Source: Macrostomum lignano
Taxonomy: Eukaryota
DNA length: 64,000 nt
Direction of reading: 5' to 3'
Assembly: GCA_002269645.1 (NCBI GenBank)
Contig: NIVC01000282.1
Location: 372,001-436,000 of the forward strand
Positions 13,301 through 27,711 of this stretch are shown here, piece by piece. Under the pieces are notes generated by a model, which saw nothing but the letters and a program-made list of their open reading frames with translations, did no database searches and had not been told where the DNA came from. Position 1 is the first letter of the stretch, and every line of letters starts with the position of its first letter. The position numbers and the translations under genes are program-made.

Positions 13301-15054
13301 AGGGCTTCATGCCATTTCATGTTGCGGTCAGCTGCAACAAGCTTGTACTTGTGCAGTGGTTCTATGAAAAACAGGAATCTCCTTTCGACCCGGAACAAGA
13401 AGAACCGGCTGGAACAATTTCACCCCTCCATTTGGCTGCAATTAGAGGGAATATCTCTATATTTAAGTACCTGGAAAGCAAAGGTTTCAAAAATACAAGA
13501 AAATGCAGTAATGGCAACAGCTGCGCCCACTATGCGGCAATTCACGGAAATCTACCAATTCTGCAACACATTGAAGCAGAGAACTACGAAGTGATGTCGC
13601 AAAAGAATAAAAGAAACCTGACGCCATTTCATTACGCAGTGCTGCATGGAAACACGGAAGCCGCTCAGTTTCTGTATACTTTCGTGATGGGTGGTACCTT
13701 TCCGGAAGATATCGTGCACTTTGCTGTTCTCGAAGGCCACCAGCATATGGTGGAATGGCTTCAAAAGCGTGGTGTAAATAGCTACTATGAATGCCCTGTA
13801 ACGGGGAAAACATCGTTGTGGTACGCCTTTGCGTCTGGGAATTCTCACCTTGTTGAGGGACTCCTCCCTCGAGAAAACCTTGAAGTCTTGACCAAGCACG
13901 ATGACAGCTTAGCTCATGCCGCAGCGCGCGCAAATCATGCTCACTTGCTCCGTCTGCTCAAAGCAGGAGACGCCCAGCTGGACAATGTAAACAAAGATGG
14001 AAACACTCCAGTGCTAGATTGCGCTCAGCTTGGAAACTATGAGAGCCTGAAACTACTGCTCGAATTGCAGTGCAACATTCGCAGGGTTAACCTACGGCAT
14101 CGGTCGATTGTCCATCTTGCCTGCATCCTTGGCATGCAAAAGACACAAAACCAGGAGCAACGATTGAAAATTCTGCAACTAGCATTTAATGAGCGCCTAG
14201 ATATGGACGTCGCTGACAGTCAGGGCAACACAGCATTGATGTATGCGAGCCACTATGGACTTCAGCAACTAGTCAGCTTCCTTCTGGACACAGCGCGCTG
14301 CGATCCTAACGCCTCAAACAAGAATGGCACCACTGCAGTGCACCTCGCCACTAAAGCTGGCCACACGGAAGTTCTTAAAATTCTTGACAAAAGAAAAGCA
14401 AACTTGCAGGCAACAGACAGCAGCGGAACCACGCCCATAATGATCGCTGTGTACTACCAGAGACTCGAAGCGCTGAAGTATCTCCTGGAAACCAACTTTG
14501 TGGAGGGAGCAGAGGACACTCGTGGCAGGTCATTGAAAACTCTGGCCGCATTTACTTCAAATGCGATTAGGGAACAGCTGGAGAAGAAAGCAGTGCAGAT
14601 TGACCCGATCGCCCAGCAACCTGAGTAAGTTTTTTTGCCTATAATTCAAATTCATACTCAACTGAGCAGTGAAAAAATTGCAACCATAGTAACTGCATAG
14701 TAACACTAACTTACTATTTGTAGCATACTGCTAGAAAACGGAGTCGGCTTCGACATTGACACGGAGCTGTGCGACCACCTGGAATTTCAGGCGCAAAGCA
14801 ATGTAGACGAAAATGAAGATCCAGAGATTCTACCGGACGAGTCTGTCGCGTGAGTTGAAGGTCGTTTGATCATTGCTCAATTTTGTTTGATCTGTTTACT
14901 GACTGCCAGCAATAGTGATCTAAAAACATCGGTTTCTTTCAGAGGAACCAACAATTACATAATCCCGTGTCGAACGGGCGTCAGTCAGGGTCATCAGACA
15001 ATCGACTCGGTTTCCGTGGCCCCAATTGACCCTTCCGTTCTCGAGGATCCCTAA
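10394..15054 (+). pseudogene. Large ankyrin-repeat protein gene (~1,490 codons), disrupted as written (pseudogene or assembly errors)
   Basis: Continuous ankyrin motifs (SALHVAA, TPLMYA, TAIHYAC, TPLHIA, TAVHLA) across four ORFs. Exon 1 is 10394-14624 (donor GTAAGT), exon 2 is 14724-14849 (branch CACTAAC, TTTGTAG acceptor), exon 3 is 14943-15054; phases are consistent. Disruptions: +1 shift at about 11355, in-frame TAA at 12294-12296, +1 shift at about 13050. Confidence 0.8.
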
Positions 15055-15239
15055 GGGTGCCAATCGATGCAAATCATATTTATCCTGCAACACAAGCGTA
15101 ACTTTGCTACGGACTCAGTGACTTTGATCTTTAAGCATCAGAGTTTTTTGACGGTATCTATATTAACTTTGTCGTTTTGATTGAAGCAATGAGTTTTAAT
15201 TGACAATTGCATCAAAATTCAGACAGATAGAGGCACTAA

Positions 15240-15742
<503 letters not shown>

Positions 15743-16841
15743 AGGTTAAAGGTTTTATTAGCTTTTTCAGAAAATATTTACTTTTATCGACTTTTTTCGC
15801 ATATTTTTCTCATTCGAATACATCGATCGTCTCCTAATTATGAAAATTCCGAAAAATCTATAATGCGTCAGTAAATTTCTAGAAGCCACTTCACTTTACT
15901 GTCCAATGAACCCTCTGCCTAATTTTTCTCTTTGTCTCGATTTTAAGCTCAAGCCGGGAAGTTTATAAATTTTATCAGTATAGTTTTTATGCTTCATTTT
16001 TTACTAATCTAAAAATTTTGTTTATAACTGAGCTATACACAATGTGGCGTTAATTAGAAGATCTTAATTTAACTTGATCTTTTCTTCAAATTCGTTTAAA
16101 AATAGCTGTAGAAAAAAACTTCGCGACTAAATTTCCCAAAATTTCTTATACGTGTAAGAACTATACTTAATGACTTAAGTACATACAACTTTCTATTAAT
16201 TTTACTGCTTATTAGAGTAGGATGAAAATGCTCTGAAAAAATTAATTAACTTCGTTTCGACTTAAAATTATGGATCGCAGTAAATTTGATTTTTTTACGT
16301 CATAAATAAATTTGTGACTCATTGTGCTTCGATGACCAAATATCTGCAGCATCTATCTAACTACTGACTTCTACCTTTGACTACTCAACAAAGTTTATAA
16401 ATTTGTTTTATAAGTTTATAAATAAGTTTATAAAGCTTCGTTTATAACTTTTATCTAAATACAGTCTCTTCATTTAAGCATGTTTGATAAACTTACTGTA
16501 CCTACAGTACATGCCAGTACAATGCATACGGTCAGTATATTTTTTAGGTAGCAAAGCATTGACGAGGGGTTTTCCCATAATTAAAGTTAACTAATTAACG
16601 AATCGATCGAGCTTAATAGAATTTTTAAAAAGCAACAATTTTTTAGATAAGGCCGTAGCAATAAACAGATCCAGACTGATTGAAACCATGTTAAAATGGT
16701 GCATGCTTTTACCTAACCAATGCAACGGATGTCTGGGATGATGCCAGTTTCGGAATGCACGTTTGTGCGTTTCGAACGACTAAGTAAGAAATTGGAAATT
16801 AAAATTTCAAAGCCCTAGCTTTGTTTAAAAATCACGGGTCG

Positions 16842-17543
16842 CCATCACAAGCTCGAAAAGTCACAAGCTCTAAACCTAACCCCAAACCCTAACCCTAAGG
16901 CACAAGCTCTAAACCTAACCCTAAACCCTAACCCTAAGGCACAAGCTTTAAACCTAACCCCAAACCCTAACCCTAAGGCACAAGCTCTAAACCTAACCCC
17001 TAACCCTAACCATAAGGCACAAGCTCTAAACCTAACCCCAAACCCTAACCCTAAGGCACAAGCTCTAAACCTAACCCCAAACCCTAACCCTAAGGCACAA
17101 GCTCTAAACCTAACCCCTAACCCTAACCATAAGGCACAAGCTCTAAACCTAACCCCAAACCCTAACCCTAAGGCACAAGCTCTAAACCTAACCCCAAACC
17201 CTAACCCTAAGGCACAAGCTCTAAACCTAACCCCAAACCCTAACCCTAAGGCACAAGCTTTAAACCTAACCCCAAACCCTAACCCTAAGGCACAAGCTTT
17301 AAACCTAACCCCAAACCCTAACCCTAAGGCACAAGCTTTAAACCTAACCCCAAACCCTAACCCTAAGGCACAAGCTCTAAACCTAACCCCAAACCCTAAC
17401 CCTAAGGCACAAGCTTTAAACCTAACCCCAAACCCTAACCCTAAGGCACAAGCTCTAACCCTAACCCCAACCCTAACCCTTTTCGAGCTTGTGATGGTGG
17501 TTGCTAAACCTTTTCGACGATGTGACTTTTCAGGCTTGTGATG
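16842..17543. repeat. 39-bp telomere-like (CCCTAA-variant) tandem array between inverted termini
   Basis: About 16 units of CTCTAAACCTAACCCCAAACCCTAACCCTAAGGCACAAG (16862-17480), flanked by CCATCACAAGCTCGAAAAG and CTTTTCGAGCTTGTGATGG. Confidence 0.85.
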
Positions 17544-20339
17544 TGACTCCAATTATATCACTCGCTAGAAAGGCTTGTATGTATAATTCGTTTTCAGAGA
17601 ATGCCGTCGTCTATATGGCCCAAATGGAACTGACTGCGCAGTAAGCGTCTGGGGATCGTTCTGACCATATAGAATTCGCATTAAAATTGGCTGGTTTCAC
17701 ATGTATGTTTCGCAGAATAAATATATCGATTAAAATTTCGATCTGGACTGAGAAACTATATCTGGACATCCTGGCTTGTAATTTATACTTTGTTAAGCGA
17801 GTTAATTACTATTACAATATCTGTGCTTACAAGTTTGTCAAGTGACAGCTGAACGTCCCTGTTGCTAATTTAGCTCAAGGCTCACTATATGTATTCGTGC
17901 AAAGTCGATTTCTTGAATTATGCTGGCTATAGAGAACCATTGATAACAGTTAAAAAAGGTACAGCTCGTATCATCCAATGTGATAACTAAATATATAATT
18001 AGCCAAGCCAAGGTTGTTGAATGTAATTGCTACACAGCCCTGCAGTGTCCCATGCAGAGTTACATCATCAGCTGCTGTTGGAAACTGCTGAAAGCCAGCA
18101 GCAGGCCGACATAAAAGCCGGTCATCTGCACAGCCAGTCCTACAGTCCACCAGTCGGGAGCTAGCAGCACATTCTTGAAGATGATGCTGCCACCGCTCTT
18201 TGTAGTCATCTCTGTCGGCGGTGGCGACGTTGAGTGGGACGGTGACGTGGCTGTTGACGTACGAGTAGACTCGCCATTGCATGTAATTGCAGCTTCTAGC
18301 ACTGCAATGCGATGTAGGTGCATAGGTAGGCGGCATATTAGTCAATTACATACTGTAGATACGGCTACAGCCACTCTTTACTGTGACAACCGGTGGTTGG
18401 CCTTCAAGGCCGTTAATTGCACGATCAGAGCCAAGCCGAGATTCCAATTTAGCCCCAAATTAATTTGACTGCACTTGGAATCGAGCCTGGGCCGCTGGCA
18501 CATCAGAGCGCCGCGTTAAACCTCTAGGCTGCCCCCCCCCCCCACAAATGAACTCCAACTTCCAGGTACGCTTTTAAAAGCTTAAAATTTCATTGGATTC
18601 AAAAATTCTATCCGCTGGAAACTGTTTCAAACCGACGAAAAATATTGATGTAAATTAACTACAGTTCTCTGGCAAGCTAAAACCTACATTACAGAACTTT
18701 AGGTAAAAAAGCTACCAGCTCGAGGGGTTCTAGTTACGTCCGCTTCAGTGGCTGGTGTACATACATGTACGTACATGTACGAGCATACGTCTTAACGGCC
18801 ACGTTTACATACAGGGGCATCACGTTGACATGCCGCCCCCCCCCGTATGGGAGAACATGCCCCAATGCTTTGCCTAAGCCCTAAGCCCACCGGCCTTGTG
18901 ACCCGTTGTGAAATCAATAATTTTGTTTAAAAATAGCGCTTATGGCGACAAAATGAGTCTCTGTCTGCGGCGCCAGAATGAGCGCTAACAACGCTGATTC
19001 TCAAAATAATTTATGCATGCTGGAATTTAGTCATGTACATGTAGAATTCTTGGCATTGTCCGCCACACCATAAAATCCAAGGCGACGCCCCATGGACGGG
19101 CTATATGTACTCTTAAAGAGACGTCAAAAAGAGACCCCATTGTATAGCAGAAGCTCCATAAACGGTTCATTCCGCACCTTCCAGAGGATGAAAAATTTTA
19201 CATGTAGATTTAAAAACCTTTAAAATATGCGCGATTGACCCTTTAAGTCTTGGAGACATATGTACATGTACATGTACCGCCCTAAAATATACCACACGGG
19301 TCGGGCTGGTCTCATTACTTGCTCCCGCATTTCAGGCAAAGCAATACGCTGTACGCAGTACTCACCCAAGAGGCTCACTCCGAGGAAAAACATTCTCCGT
19401 AGATTCATCATTATCAGGTTTCAGGTTAGTTATTATGCAGTAGCCTACAGCGCAAAGGTATGAATTAGCAGTATAAGATGTGTCTAACTGCAATCCAAAT
19501 GCGATCGCGATGAAGGTTTTGATATAGCATTGAAGCTGATGAACTGTTTACATATATTGGATGATTTCGACCGTAAGTCAGTTAAAATTAGCACCATTTA
19601 TCTAATTTTATTCCTCATGAGGGTATGCGGATCGGAGAAGCCAGTTTTGGAGTATTTTAAGATCTTAACTTTAAATGACATTTTCTTGTATGCTACCAAA
19701 GCCGCAGGAAGTCAATCTGCTTTTACTATAGAAAGATAGAATTTATCGATTTTTAGCAAAGGCTAGCTGAAAAATTACACTAAAGAGACGGGGGCAGCAG
19801 AAATTTGGCCGGAACTCTCCTTGGAATGTCGATCTTCGGTAGCAGCAAAGAAAAGATACCTGTGGTTCGTATAATCCGTTTTATTGGATTTTCAGGCTAG
19901 GCTATAGCATCCATAATCCTGTGAACAGTTATCTTGTGCAGAGTTAAACATCCGTAAACTTTGCCAAAACTGGGGTGGCGCGAAAATCTCTCGCAAAACT
20001 GCTTTTACGTACTCTTGGCACTACATGTAGGGGGTAAAGTTATTCTTCTCTTTGTATCGCTTTAGCCAAGCACTAGCAATCTAATGTCCCCCTTCGGGGC
20101 GCCCAATATGCAAGGAGCAAAAATTATTCACGCAAATCCATTAAAAAAGCACATTTTCTTGACAACCGATGCCTTCTTCAGTTTTATAAATTACCTTATT
20201 CGAGTAAAATCGTCATGAACAAAGATGTTTGCTATGAATCTCTTTTTTAAATAAAGTCACAGAATTACACAACAAAATTAGCCTTCACAAAAATAGCAGG
20301 CCTGCATTCCCCCAAGACGAAAGTACTCCCATATACATG

Positions 20340-20922
20340 TAGCAAGCATCCCCCAGACAGCAAGCATCCCTTAGATAGCATGCATCCCCCAGACAGCAAG
20401 CATCCCCCAGACTGCAAGCATCCCAGCATCCCCCAGACAGCAAGCATCCCCCAGACAGCAAGCATCCCCCAGACTGCAAGCATCCCCTAGACAGCAAGCA
20501 TCCCCCAGACTGCAAGAATCCCCCAGACAGCAAGCATCCCTTAGATAGCATGCATCCCCCAGGATAGCAAAAGCATCCCCCAGACAGCAAGCATACCCCA
20601 GGATAGCAGAGCATCCCCCAGACAGCAAGCATACCCCAGGATAGCAGAGCATCCCCCAGACAGCAAGCTAGCATCCCCCAGGATAGCAAAAGCATCCCCC
20701 AGACAGCAAGCATCCCTTAGATAGCATGCATCCCCCAGGATAGTAAAAGCATCCCCCAGACAGCAAGCATACCCCAGGATAGCAGAGCATCCCCCAGACA
20801 GTAAGCATACCCCAGGATAGCAGAGCATCCCCCAGACAGCAAGCTAGCATCCCCCAGGATAGCAAAAGCATCCCCCAGACGGCAAGCATCCCCCAGGATA
20901 GCAAAGCATCCCCCAGACAGTT
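20340..20922. repeat. 18-21-bp minisatellite
   Basis: GCATCCCCCAGACAGCAA and GCATCCCCCAGGATAGCAAAA units. Confidence 0.9.
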
Positions 20923-21913
20923 TGCATTTGACCGGATTCGCTGCTCTGCCGACGCACTCCTTGCCCGTATAGCTATACAGAAATCGAGAAATCGACGTTG
21001 AGCTTGTTTATCGAGTCTATCGACGTTTGGATGCTGCGTGGTTTTCGCACAGAACCTATAGGTAAAGTACGCTCGTACATTCTGCATGGATATAAATGTA
21101 CTGCATGTAAAATACACGTTCCCAAGCACGCATTATGTATATGCTCGTATAAACATGTACCTAGCTATACTTATGTAAGTACCTGTACGGAGGTACATGT
21201 ACGTTCTTCGAGGGTAGTCCGATCGGCCAGAGGGTGGAGTTGTTCCAGGGGGTATATTCGAAGGCATATTCGCGGGGAGCCTTCCGAAGCGTTCCCCTGT
21301 CATAGGAGCGTATTTGCGTCAATGCACATCGACATACATCATGTAAACGCGATTTAATTGCATTGGCGCGCGCAGGCTGGTGATGAGGACGCACTTTCTT
21401 CCAAATCCCGCGCTAGCACATAGGCTCTAAACTTACTAGCCTACTAACAGTGGGCAATGGGCATTTTTATCATTTTTCTGCGAATTGTCATAGAATCTAT
21501 ACTAGATATAATGTTTGGTCATACTAGTAGTCATAATAACATAGGCGCAGCTTTTTGGGTCATAAATCATCGCTTTCGAAGCTGGTCTGACAGCCACCTG
21601 CGCCTCACTCAGTGTTGAGGCGGGCGCCAGATGGTCTGAGAGGATGCGAATGATAGCTTTTTTCTCATCATTTTGACAGGCCATCAAGATTTATGAGGTG
21701 TTCGGGTTCACTCAAGCGTGTGACAGCTTTGACAGCTATGCGTTTTACCCCTAAAAGTACTTTGGGATTAGCATTTAGCGATTTCTCTTCATTATCTTCA
21801 CTTTCTATTTAATAAGAGCTTTCTAATGTATATTTTTTCATTAATTTTTGTCAATTCTACGCGAAAAGTCATAAATCATTTTGTTGCGATTTTGATTGAT
21901 TTATGGCCGCACC

Positions 21914-22620
21914 TGTCATGTTTTTACGACCCCGAGGGAACTGATAGGATCTCCCGGTCACGTGATTCTGGGTGGCAACAAGCTTAGCCAATCAGAAAAT
22001 TCGACGCTCATTTTAACAAATCGGCTCAGCCAATCAGAATCGACGTGTCCCATTATAACAAACTGCGGTCCAGTTGGCAGCTATTTAAACCGGTGTTTTT
22101 GGCCCGCTCGGAGGGCACCCTTCCTTTCCAGGTGCTACCCTTCCTTCCGGGTGCTACCCCGCCTTTCCGGGTGCTACCCCTGCAAACCTTCTTGCGACCG
22201 GGTGCCACCCTTGGCCCCACCGGCCAGGAATTGACCGTCGTTTCTTGATCCCCGGATTGCGACTTCCCCCCATCATCATCAAGGACGAATCCCCCCGGTC
22301 ATCAGCAGTGAACATCAAAGTTAAGACCATCACCTGCTAGCTATCTGCGAAGACTGTGACAGCATCATCCCGAGTCTACAGCTGCGAAGCATCGAGCCGA
22401 TTCGGTCACTGTGGATTACCTGGTCTCCGGCTGTTGAGTTTCTGATTGGTTGGGTGAGAGGCTGCCTAGACTTGCTTGATTGGGTGATTCCTTATCTGTC
22501 CCCTGTTTCAATAGCTGGATTAGGCGCACACTTTTGCTCATTTTGTTCAGTAGTGCTGTAATCGAGGCAGAAGTCATTCAATAATACTGCTAGTAGTCTA
22601 AAACTCCAATTCAATCTGAA
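21914..22620 (+). mobile_element. Possible LTR-like remnant
   Basis: Begins TGTCATG and contains internal short direct repeats (CCGGGTGCTACCC) and CCAAT-like boxes. No partner LTR or TSD was found. Confidence 0.2.
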
Positions 22621-23963
22621 GGTGAAGTGACCTAAGGAGAAGGTTAAATCTAACAGTTATTTTTATCGGTTTTATTTCTTTGTTTGCCGATGGCTCAGAT
22701 GAGTAGCTAAGCTAGTAGGCGCCGGTCACAGTGGACCAATGGCAAGGCAGTTCTCAGTCGATCAATCTATCAAATCAGTTAGCGAAATTGCCAATAGTGC
22801 AGAATCGGCTCCAGAGATGTACTCTGTGCACTCTAGGTTAGCCAAACGGCTCGGGTGATGAATCATGCGGTCTCTGATGTTCGAGTTAGCCTATCATCAG
22901 CGCTAGGAAAGGCTGGTTAGCGCGTTGAAGGCCAAAAGTACAATTTCTCGTATTTAGCAATGTAATAGTACATGTAGCTACCCCATAGTCTCGCCACTGC
23001 AAGAATCCCCTGCACAAGTCCCCTCTGTACCTGCATGGCCAATGCGATCTAGTCCCAGCAGTGTCCTTTCTCATCGGCTATGACTTCGAGATTGACAGCA
23101 AAAAGGCACTAGTTGGCAGGTAAGTGCAAAGCCCCTTCTAGTCGGAAGCCCGATTTCGAGAGTCCCGGTGTGGTGAGCCAGGACGCACGGGCTGGTGGCA
23201 GCGAGTTAGCTAATCTGCGGATTAGCTAATTTCTACCTTCAAAATTCTCCCTGCTTGTCTCTCGCTGTCCCTCTCTTAGCTATAGGACCTAGACTGCTCG
23301 CCACACCACACGATCAAGCTACCATGGGGCTGACCATCTGACAGAATTCATCAATTGCCATGCACAGCTGGTATCTTCACTTCACACTTCATCATTACTT
23401 CACAGAGCATCTGCGAAGTGATAATGAACTCGCGCTACTTGCATAGGCGCGCAATTTTTGGTTCGAGGTGGCACAAGAGCGCAAGAAGCAAGGGAGCCTA
23501 TCGAATGAAGACGAGTCGGATCGACCTACGGCGACTATGTTGTACAGAAAGTCCGATAGTGGAACTCTCCTGTGAGTTACCGTTTGCACAAATAAAGGTT
23601 GCTTAGGACGCGTCGTTGACAATGCGGTCTTCTAAGGGTCGTTGGGCACAGTCACGATGTTATTCCCAAAGGAGAAAAACGTTTTTCTACTCAAAGCTAT
23701 ACGCTGAAGCAGCAAGCGGCAAAATTTAGTAATTTTTCCATGCCAGCTGTATAACAAGGAGACTCGATCATTGGATTGGCAAAAATTACATGTATATACT
23801 CCATGCAATTAATACACATGTATTGTATCTGGGTGCGCCTTCGCTATTATGCACTTCTAAAACTTTGCGTCTGCGCGTTTATGCAATCAGTGCGTGCCTA
23901 TATGCTATTGCGCTAGCTACTAATATTCCCCAATGCGCGCTTATGCCAGTGAGCTTACAGATG

Positions 23964-24150
23964 TAGTAGCGCAACCAGAAATTTTTTGAGGGGGAGGCGG
24001 ATTATGGAGGGTAAAGTCCCGGGAGGGGGGGCCGGGGCGGAGGGGTGGCTCTGTTTTTGGCGAAAATTCACTTGGTCCCCCCTTTGATTTTTTTGGGTCT
24101 CCGCCTAAGTAGGGGGGGGGGCGACCGCCCCCCCTCTGGTTGCGCCACTG
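23964..24150. mobile_element. hAT-like MITE, family A copy 2
   Basis: Homologous to 5204-5415; right TIR TCTGGTTGCGCCACTG; GATGTAGT occurs on both sides, with the left TIR apparently missing its first 4 nt. Confidence 0.75.
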
Positions 24151-24170
24151 GATGTAGTAGTCTTTTATAC

Positions 24171-24907
<737 letters not shown>

Positions 24908-26092
24908 TTTTCTACATGTAGTCGGTCTTCGTAGCGAGTTTTTGTAGCGAGTACCGTGCATCTCTAGCGAATGCGTGTGTATTTAAGCGTGCAATATATT
25001 GGAACCTGGTCTGTTTGTAGTCTCTACCGAGTACAGATCGTGTATGCTATAGTACAGTGCAAGAGGGGCTGTTGGCCATGCAGCAGAGCAGTCAAAATAG
25101 GCCAGGAGAGAGCTAATCGCTGGGCCACACTGCACACGCCACACACGCGCACTGCGCGTAGCTACAGCTTGGACGTGACATAAAAATCTACATCGCATCT
25201 ATGTAGGAGACGTAGTTAGAAATCCTACAGGGCCTATATGTATGCATGGGCGTACACTTCGTACAGTATATCCAAGTCCGAGAGCAAGTAACATGCTTCC
25301 TCACGTTTAAACAAAGAAAAAGTAATGGTTTTGCTTATTGAAACACGATTTTTTTCGAAAACAACAGTCAAGTTTTCTGATGTTATAATTAAATCATTTT
25401 TATATCGTTGTATTTGTAGAACATCTTTATTTCAGTTGTAGGTGTTAATGTTTAATGTTTAAATGAAAAATTAGCCTTCTTTTCGACCACTTAAATAATC
25501 AATGACTGAATGCAGTACTTACCTAATTTCTGAAAATGCCTGTTGCACTTTACAAGTTCGAAACGATTAAGACGTGTAGTTTTGTTGTTTATACAATTAC
25601 AAATCATTGACTGTTTAATATATTATAACTGCTGACTTGATGAACAGTCGATTGCTATATTGTAGAATTTGTAGCCTAACCATTAGTAAAGTAATAGGCC
25701 TAGTACTAAAAACTATTTTGTGAACAAAAAGCAGTGGCTCAAAAAGTCAAAGGCCAAAAAGGGGCAGGATGAAACCCCTAACTATGCAGGAGATACCAAG
25801 CAAATTTGGACCAAAGTTCAGCTTGCCCCCATTTAGGGTCTTCAATTCAATCTTTAAAACACTGCAACTGCAATCTCCCTTGGCCATCACAGAATTTATT
25901 ATTGTGTCACTGCAAAACCCAACAGAATAGTAGGCCTAACCAGTTTAGATTTTACGAAATTGAGTCATATAGCCTTATATATTTTAACCAACTTTTTTAT
26001 CTGAAAAATGTAGTAAAATTCCTAAATATAATAGGCCTATATAATAAATAAACCTTTTGAATTAGCCTATAATCTTTTTCTATTAAATATAA

Positions 26093-26684
26093 GGCAGTGC
26101 TTATCCCCACGGTACCGTAGGAATAATTTCTGTCTTATTCCAACGGTACCGTGGGGATAATTTTCTGCTTATCCGCACGGCACACTGACGAGATAGCTGC
26201 CTATCTTCTACATATGCCGTGGGTTCATAATTTAGTTTAGTACTTACGGTTTGAGTGCAATATAACAACATAACTTTGCTTGGCTATTATTTTGATAGAA
26301 GTAAAGATTTAATGGCCTTTTTACGCAAAAAAACACTTTTTTGTATTTATGACGTATGATTTAAGATGAATTGCTCTAGTAATTGTTTATAATCTAAGAA
26401 CTTTTAGCAACTAGTCTAATCCCGACATCCCCGAAAAGTCCATTGCCGCTGCTTCTGTAGACTTCTTACTAGACATGTAAATTCTCAATTTGTTTGTATA
26501 GATTATTGCATTGCTTCAACAATTCACCCATGCGGATAAGCAGAAAATTATTCCCACGGCATATGTAGAAGATAGGGCAGCTATCTCGTCAATGTGCCGT
26601 GCGGATAAGCAGAAAATTATCCCCACGGTACCGTTGGAATAAGACAGAAATTATTCCTACGGTACCGTGGGGATAAGCACTGCC
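26093..26684. mobile_element. MULE-like MITE
   Basis: About 130-bp TIRs starting GGCAGTGCTTATCCCCACGGTACCG; perfect 9-bp TSD TAAATATAA (26084-26092 and 26685-26693). Confidence 0.9.
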
Positions 26685-27119
26685 TAAATATAAACATATG
26701 AATAATGAATTAAGTCTATTTTCTATTTATTAAGTAAGTTTACAGTCATTGATATCAACAACTATGCTTTGTTTGATAAATTAGATTATTATAAAGTATA
26801 GACTACAATTATTAACATATGTAGTTTGCAAGGAGAAGCATTTTCAATTAATTATAGTAACAAGGGACAAGCCAAAAAAGTCTAAAAATACTAACTAAAG
26901 TATAAAATATAATTATATAATATTGTTTTATTTTAAGATGGTATATTTTTGCTTTTTGGAAGATTTTAAATACTATTACACATATCAAAGCAATATATTT
27001 TTATTTATACTATATGACTATAAGAAGGCAAAGAGTCATATCTATTTGATTTTAATTAACTCTTTTAAGCATACAAGCTATACATAGTTTATATCTATAT
27101 GCAAATACATTTAGAACTA

Positions 27120-27500
27120 TTAAATTTGTCTATCACATAGGCTTGTCATCTAAACATATTGCAAGGGGCTATCATAGGCTTATAATATAGGATGTATCAA
27201 ATAGGCCTGTCACACAAAGTATATCACTTTGGTCTGTCATACAGAATGTATCATAGAGACCTATCATACAGGGTATTATCACATGGGTCTGTCATATAAA
27301 ATGTATCTTAGAGGCCTATCATACAGAGTATATCACATGGGTCTGTCATACAGAATGTATCAGAGGCCTATCACATGGGTCTGTCATACAGAATGTATCA
27401 GAGGCCTATCACATAGGGTCTGTCATACAGAATGTATCAGAGGCCTATCACATAGGGTATATCACATGGGTCTGTCATATAGAATATATCATATAGGCCT
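27120..27500. repeat. Degenerate minisatellite
   Basis: Repeats of GTCTGTCATACAGAATGTATCAGAGGCCTATCACATGG. Confidence 0.75.
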
Positions 27501-27711
27501 GTTCTCATCATCAAGTAGTGTACAATCTATTGGCAAATATGCACTCAAAATTTTATAAGTATACAGGTAGACTTGATCCCTGATGCACTGTCTTATTTTA
27601 TTCTAATAGGGAGTCTGAACTAATACTACTCACTAGTAACAATACTAATGCTATTTATTATATCTATCACTAAAAGTAACAACAGTACTACATTTTAATT
27701 ATTTTTTTCAG

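Noticed and set aside
16862-17480. True telomere or chromosome fusion site
   Set aside because: The unit is a 39-bp composite with a non-telomeric GGCACAAG part, in one orientation only, and bounded by element-like inverted termini.
22700-23640. Decayed coding-like sequence (e.g. EHLRSDNELALLA*ARNFWFEVAQERKKQG)
   Set aside because: Multiple stops and no recognisable motif; it cannot be assigned without a database search.
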